From Octopus vulgaris (lineage: Eukaryota): a DNA stretch of 64,000 nucleotides. Below are positions 56,680 through 64,000 of the stretch, piece by piece. Where the stretch lies: positions 36,208,001-36,272,000 of the forward strand of contig OX597818.1 in the NCBI GenBank assembly GCA_951406725.2. The letters are read 5' to 3'. The first letter of the stretch is position 1. Each line of letters starts with the position of its first letter. Under the pieces are notes generated by a model that was not told the origin of the DNA, ran no database searches, and saw only the letters and a list, made by a program, of their open reading frames with translations. The position numbers were made by a program, and so were the translations under genes.

Positions 56680-57025
56680 CAGCAGAACCTCCCAGTACGA
56701 GTGCACCATTGTACGAGTAATTTGCTGTACGTGTCGAGAGACGTGCGAATTTTTGTCTTGAAATACGAGCGGAAATCCGCAGTACGAGCGCACAAATCGT
56801 CCCATCTTTAAGACAATTCAGTTAATAAAACCAGGTTTGCATTCTCTTTTTTATAATTGTCAATTTACTTGTAACAAACAACACCTTTCTGTTTTAAACC
56901 CCATAGAAAATAATTTTTTAGGGCTTTTTGGCGCTGGAACGGATTAATCAATGGGGAAAATTGATTCGTAAAACGAGTAACTCGTAAGACGAGCTCGGTC
57001 AAACTCGTACTGCGAGGTATCACTG
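56680..57025. mobile_element. Tigger-like MITE
   Basis: Imperfect TIRs CAGCAGAACCTCCCAGTACGAGT and ACTCGTACTGCGAGGTATCACTG; TA on the left flank. Confidence 0.6.
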
Positions 57026-57283
57026 TTTTCGAATACTGTATTAAGTATGGGACAACCACTGTAAAATATTTCTTCCTTTTTTTGTTGTTTTCTACTTTCA
57101 CTTTCAAACCATTTGTTTTGTTTTTTTCCTTTCTGTTTCTTTCTATTATCAGCGCTCACTCTCTCCGCTCTATCATCTCTCTCATTTCTCTCTCTTTCTC
57201 GTTGTTATTCTCTCCCGTCCTCTCCTACCATTACTTGCAGTCTTTCGTATCGAACAGCTGACGTCCCTTCTATCTAAAACCAG

Positions 57284-57374
<91 letters not shown>

Positions 57375-57953
57375 CTCTATCTATCTATCTATCAAGTTGT
57401 CTATGTATGTATGTCAACTATATGTATGTATACATATATGTATGTATGTATATATGTATGTATGTATGTATGTGTGTATGTATGTATGTATGTATGTATG
57501 TATGTATGTATGTATGTATATATATATATATATATATTCCTTGTCTATGTATCTAACTATCACTATATTTCTACTACCCGGTAATCTCCCATATGGCCCC
57601 TTCAAAATCACTCATACTCTTACTCTCTCCTTCTCCCTCCCTCTCCCTCCCTCTCTCTCTCTCTCCCTCTCTGAAACTAATTTTAAATTTAGTATATCTA
57701 TTCATTGTTTCCCGATCCATTTTCACACAGTTTTCTCTATCTGCTTAAATGACCGTATTAACTTTCAAACCACCCTGCTTTCTATTTATGGCCGTGCAAG
57801 GGAGAGAAAATCCACATTGAAAGGATGCGTCGGGGTGTGAATAGATTCTCTTCCTATATTTTGATATAGAGATTAAATAGGTGTTGATGCCTATACTCAT
57901 GTATCTATAGTTACATGAGAACAAGGACATAGTTTGTACTCATGTATACGTAG

Positions 57954-58065
<112 letters not shown>

Positions 58066-58335
58066 TAATATATATGTATATATATATATAATCACCCGAA
58101 ATTGCGAAGATGATCCGGTCCTTGACTGAAGATTGAAGGCTTCGAATGTCCCATCCGGGTTTTTGTTTCGTCTTCTAAATGTTTCACGTTCTTGTCCCAG
58201 TTTGTATTTTTTTACTTTTACAAGTATGTATATATAAATATGTGTGTGTGTATACACACATATATGCAAATATATGTTTATCACCTATGTGTACTTTGAA
58301 TGCGCTTGGCCTAGTCATTATATGTATGTATATAC

Positions 58336-58440
<105 letters not shown>

Positions 58441-58474
58441 TACACATATATATATATATATGTGTGTGTATGTA

Positions 58475-58612
58475 TGCTTACGAACCACATGGTTCCGGGT
58501 TCAGTCCCACTGCGTGGTACCTTGGACAAGTGTCTTCTACTATAGCCTCTGGCCGAAAAGAGCCTTGTGAGTGGATTTGGTAGACGGAAACTGAAAGAAG
58601 CCCGTCGTATAA

Positions 58613-58661
<49 letters not shown>

Positions 58662-58898
58662 TATATATAGATATATGAATGTGTGTGTATATGTTTGAGT
58701 GTCTGTGTTTGTCCCCCCCTAACATCGTTTGACAACCGATGCTGGTGTGTTTACGTCCCCGTAACTTAGCAGTTCGGCAAAAGAGACCGATAGAATAAGT
58801 TCTAGGCTTACAAAGAATAAGCCCTGGGGTCGATTTGCTCGACTAAAGGCGGTGCTCCAGCATGGCCACAGTCAAATGACTAAAACAAGTAAAAGAGT
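58475..58898 (+). mobile_element. SINE family A copy (5' truncated)
   Basis: Matches family A from the B-box region to the tail. Confidence 0.85.
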
Positions 58899-59993
58899 AC
58901 CTATCTATGTGTGCGCGTGTGTGTATTTTAAGGCTCCTGGCCTTCTCGTTAATGCGTTGCACTCACGATCGCCAGAACATTGTCTCGATTCCCAGACGGT
59001 GCGTTGTGTTCTTCGGCCAAACACCTTATTTCACGTTGCTCCAATCCACTAGTGTTAAAATGGGTAACTTTGCGATGGACTGTCGTTCCATTCTGGAGCA
59101 ATGTTGGCCTGCCCACTTTGCCAGCGAAGTTCCATCATTCAAAAACTTCAAGAATGCGAGAAAGGGCATTCAGACCAGTAGTGTGTAGCAGTATCTGATA
59201 AAGTGATATAATGATATGCTTCATTTCCACACACGCCAGCTGAATTCAATTCGTCCCCAGTCGAAAGACACCTGTTGTTATGACCTGTTATTATTTTTAT
59301 TGTATTTATATTGTTTTTATATTTGTGTAACATTGTCTGTTTTTCCGTCTTTGCTTTCGTATACATTCGATGCTTTCTTCCAAGGAATCTAATGCTCTTA
59401 GCTTAGTTTTTTTCTTGGGGCTGGCCAGATTGGAGCAATCTCAAGATCAATCAGCCGAAATTACGAGGAGGATCCGGTTCTTGACTGAGGATAGAAAGCT
59501 TCGAATGACCCGTCCTTGTTTTTTGTCTCGTCTATCTGGATGTTTTGTTGTCCCTTTTTGTATCACCTAGTTGTCCGGATGTTTTGCGTCCCATTTTGTA
59601 CTTTATATATATATTTGTGTGCGTGTGTGAGTTTGTTACCCCACCATCGCTTGACAACCGACGTTGGTGTGTTTATGTCCCCCTTAGCGGTTCGGCAAAA
59701 GGGTCCGATTGAATAAGTACTAGGCTTACAAAGAATAAGTCCTGGGTCGATTTCTTCGACTAAAGCCAGTGCTCCAGCATGGCCGCAGTCAAATGACTGA
59801 AACAAATAAAAGAATATATATATGTGTATATATTTGTACACACACACATATCTGTTTTTATGCTTATATACATTTAGTGGTGATGGGGATAAAAATATGA
59901 ACAGTCTACTTCTATAGACTTTAATGGCTTTATGGGAATATCAATAATCTTTGATAATGCGATATTTTTACTTATATTAAGTTAAACATTTAT

Positions 59994-60215
59994 GGCGGCG
60001 AGTTGGCAGAATCGTAAGCACTCTGGGTGAAATGCTTAGCTCTATTTCGTCGGACGTTACGTTCTGAGTTCAAATTCCGCCGAGGTCGACTTTGCCTTTC
60101 ATCCTTTCGGGGCCGATTAAATAAGTACCAGTTACGCACTAGGGTCGATGTAATCGACTTAATCTTTGTCTGTCCTTGTTTGTCTCCTCAGTGTTTAGCC
60201 CCATGTGGGCAATAA
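59994..60215 (+). mobile_element. SINE family B monomer
   Basis: Single unit flanked by the repeat ATATTAAGTTAAA(C/T)ATTTATG. Confidence 0.85.
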
Positions 60216-60259
60216 AAACATATTAAGTTAAATATTTATGCATTGAGCGTCTTCATGTG

Positions 60260-60291
<32 letters not shown>

Positions 60292-60899
60292 ATGAACATG
60301 TAACAAAAAAGACATCTATGAAATTTTTAAAGGTTCCTAAATGGGAAATAGGGAAAGTCATGAAAAGTAATGAACTTCCAGCTATTTAAAAAACGCTTTT
60401 AACGTCTTTTTTTTACTATTCATTGTATTTCGCCACGATGAAGACTTAATAAAACATGAACACTTTTTGCCCCAAGAAATTATTTTATACATTTATCCAA
60501 TTATTTCAACCTCACCCACCTCCCTCTTCCGACTTGCCTAGTGCACTAATAAAATTTTAGTCGATCCCGACTTACATGCCAATAATTACCACCGTCTTCC
60601 TTAGCAATACCCCAATCGCGTATGCGTACAATGCAAATAAATCAGCTTGGGCATTACTTGAAGCTTTAACCAAACAGTTTTTCTTCCTATTCAACGCCCA
60701 CGATTTCTTTCTACATAGGATATCACTATGTTCTACAGAATCTTTGGTGTGTTTTTATTGACTGTTACTTATACAAAAGCGTAAATTGTAATAGATTACC
60801 ATACTAAAACAACTGGGAAGTGTCCATTTTGTGAAATTGAAAACAGCGGATGAAAATGGATTGTAAAAGGCCTATTCAGGGCGCTTAACCTGACGCTTA

Positions 60900-62130
60900 A
60901 GAAATGTCTGTTGCAGAAGAAAAATCAGCCATATTGGAAAGTGGTGTGACCATAGAAAGAGAGCAGACTATGACAATGAAGAGAACATTTACGAAAGGGA
61001 TCCTGCGGCTACAACATTAAACGCCCAAATATAGCGTTTTGATAAATCTGAAGTGATGATTTAATCCGAACTGCACTTGAATGTGTGTGGATCAACAATA
61101 ACATTGGTGATAATTTACCAATAAACAAGATGGTCATTCAAAGGAGATCTAAAACATGTGTATGACAATATGCCGAAGTGGAAAATGCAACTTCTGATAC
61201 AAAATTTTTCTTGCTAGTTATGGCTGCAACATTAAAATGACCTGTGAATCTGTCACTGCTGTACAGAAGTTGATATTAATGATCATGATGATTATTGATA
61301 GAAGAAAGGTGTACACTTGAGAAATAGAACAATATTGATGAAACCGGGCTTTATTGGAGACAAAGCTTACTATGACTTTTATTTCTTGAGAAGAAAAGTC
61401 ATCACCAGATTTCAGATTCCCTTGGAGCTATTCGTGGAAAAATATTTCTGATATGGAATTAGAGTCACACTCGTGTATCTGTTCCAGAAGAAAGGACTTT
61501 CAGGAACAATGCTAAATTTAATCTAGCGGTGATTTGATATTCAAAGAAAGCTTGATAAATATGAGCCTTTTCCGATACTGGTTAACATTTATTTTTAGCC
61601 TTACAGTGCCAGGCATAATATTTCTCAACGACATTGCTGTTTTTAGATAGTTCACTGATTCCATCGGTGAACTTCAGTGATCTTTGTGATAATGTAAGAA
61701 TCCAATATTTTTTCAAAAATACATCTTTATTGTTCCACCCAGTGAACATGGGGTGGTACCTAAATTTCCTATATATTACCTGAGAACTTTAAACAATTCA
61801 TAAAATTAAGTTTAGAGAGAATGAAGACACACTTAAAGACTTCAGGTAAAAATTCCATCACGATACATGCCGCGTATAATATTGGCAAGTTATAAGATAA
61901 AGTCCCCACCTATGAACGGCTTTTGGAAAAACATTACCGAACTGTATCCGCAACATAACAGGTTTTCCAACATTAGAGAGTCCGCATCAAGTTCAACAAG
62001 ATATTTGATAAATAAATGACTGATAAATGGCGTAGGGTCACACCCAGAAAACTTTGTCTTCTGTGGAACTGAATATGTTTGAAAAAGAGTGAGCTGCAAA
62101 GCAGGAAACTGATATAGAAGTTCTACTCAT
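60900..62130 (+). pseudogene. Tigger/pogo (CENP-B-like) transposase remnant
   Basis: Fragments FLASYG, NIKMTCES, NIDETGLYWR, TFIS*EEKSSPDFR and LFHPVNMGVV (approx. LLQPMDQGVI); many stops. Confidence 0.7.
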
Positions 62131-62335
62131 ACGACTTCACTTGGCTACAAACATTATAGAGAAAAGGTTGGCACTTGCAGGGGAAGGCCTTTAAATCTTC
62201 ACTGATAGTTATCCTTATTGTGAATATAGCATAAAAATTTCAAGGACATTTCTTAATCATGAAAATAACGTACACATTATCAAGAAATATTTATTAGTTC
62301 AGTTCCTACAATTGGTTGAACTTGCTTGTACATGT

Positions 62336-62624
62336 GTGGAGGCACATGGCCTAGTGGTTAGAGCAGCGGACTCGCGGTCGAGGGATCACAAGTGATGTGT
62401 GTGTTTATGAGCGAAACACCTAAGCTCTACGCGGCTCCGGCAGAAGATAATGGCGAACTTCTTCTGACTCTTTCGCCATAAGTTTCTCTCACTCTTTCCT
62501 CCTGCATCTAGCAGCTTACCTGTGACGGACCGACGTCCCGTTCAGGTGGGTAACCTATACACCAAGGAAACCGAGAAACCGGCCGTTATGAGCCAGGCGT
62601 GGCTCGAGAAGGAACAAACAACAA
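62336..62624 (+). mobile_element. SINE family C copy
   Basis: Matches the 15972 copy; 11-bp TSD CTTGTACATGT. Confidence 0.88.
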
Positions 62625-63115
62625 CTTGTACATGTACTTGCAGCGGCATTCATCCAGCTCCGATCAACGAGTAGTTCATGTTCGGAGTTTCAGTGGAAAA
62701 ACAAGTTTACATGTGGTACTCGGTCACATGCATACACACTTTGAGATAGCGTGATCCGTAGCAGTCCATTTTGCCGTCGATTACCACCACCGATTGTCAG
62801 AGTAGATGCACCCTGAGATTAAAGTAGGTTCTAAAGATATGTCTTAACAAAATCTAAGATATGCCTCACTCCCAGCTGTCACCCAGCACGCCGGACACCA
62901 ACCCGGAATTTCTAAGGGTTGGTGCTACTTAGCTGTGCAAAAAAATATGGTGCTGTTTAAGCCAAATAATTTTAGTTAAGTTCACTCCTGCACCAGTAGC
63001 AGATTATGCTGATTATAAGCAAGGGGATAGTTTTCCCCTGCTTCTAAGTAACACCACTGCACTGCTGCCTATCACATACGTGTCAATACTATTTGCAATG
63101 AGATTGTTCCCTACT

Positions 63116-63526
63116 TATTTCTTTATTGCCCACAAGGGGCTAAACATAGAGGGGACAAACAAGGACAGATAAACGGATTAAGTCGATTACATCGATTCCA
63201 GTGCGTAAATGGTACTTAATTTATCGATCTCCAAAGGATGAAAGGCAAAGTCGACCTCGGCGGAATTTGAACTCGGCACGCAACGGCTGACGAAATACCC
63301 ATTTCTTTACTACCCACAAGGGGCTAAACACAGAGGGGACAAACAAGGACAGACAAACGGATTAAGTCGATTATATCGGCCCCAGTGCGTAACTGGTACT
63401 TAATTTATCGACCCCGAAAGGATGAAAGGCAAAGTCTACCTCGGCGGAATTTGAACACAGAACGTAGCGGCAGACGAAATACCGCTAAGCATTTCGCCCG
63501 GCGTGCTAACGTTTCTGCCAGCTCGC
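63116..63526 (-). mobile_element. SINE family B dimer
   Basis: Two units with one head; 12-bp TSD TTGTTCCCTACT at 63104 and 63527. Confidence 0.9.
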
Positions 63527-63899
63527 TTGTTCCCTACTATGAGACATTTTTTTTTGTGTGTGTGTACACACTGGGGGATTTTTTTTCGTGTGTTTGTTAG
63601 CATTTTTTTCTTTCGTTTTAAAAAAAATACATTTCCGTCGGAACGCTTTTCAGGAAAAAAAAAAATCAATATGATGAAAGGTTTCACGTTACGGAATTCT
63701 GAATTACGACAACATTTTCTGGAACACAATATTCTGTAACATGACCAGTTCATAACACTCTACACATTCATAATAAAGGTGTGTTGCTTAGTGTTTAGAA
63801 GTGTTAGATTAGCGATCGCAAGGTCATGATTTTGTTTCCAGGATTCAATGGCAAAGCAATTTTATTGACTTTACGTCCGTCCACTTACTTACAAACTAG

Positions 63900-64000
63900 G
63901 GATCTTTTCGGTTTGAACGGCAGTTTTTTCTAGCGGTGTCATATGAAATTGTCACCCATAATTATGACCCTAGTATCGATCTATTGCATTTCAATCTATT
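63900..64000. mobile_element. Merlin-like MITE, cut by the window edge
   Basis: GGATCTTTTCGGTTTGAACGGCAGTTTTTTCTAGCGG start shared with the other copies. Confidence 0.85.

Overview
AT-rich, microsatellite-saturated eukaryotic DNA, most likely intronic or intergenic sequence from a cephalopod (Octopus-like SINE content; the organism is an inference). Almost all ORFs in the supplied track are translation artefacts of (TA)n, (CA)n and (TACA)n repeats or of SINEs, and no confident host gene is visible. The window contains three tRNA-derived SINE families, one of which inserts as TSD-flanked 184-bp-unit multimers. It also has a decayed Tc1 transposase, a DD37D-like mariner remnant, pogo/Tigger remnants and MITEs, Merlin-type MITEs with 8-bp TSDs, non-autonomous Helitrons and RTE/R4-like LINE remnants. 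The most notable signal is a set of minimal type I hammerhead ribozyme (HHR) motifs with palindromic stem III. They sit in short Penelope-like (PLE) tails that repeatedly form fold-back inverted repeats with outward-facing ribozymes. All coordinates were read by eye, so element edges may be off by a few bases.
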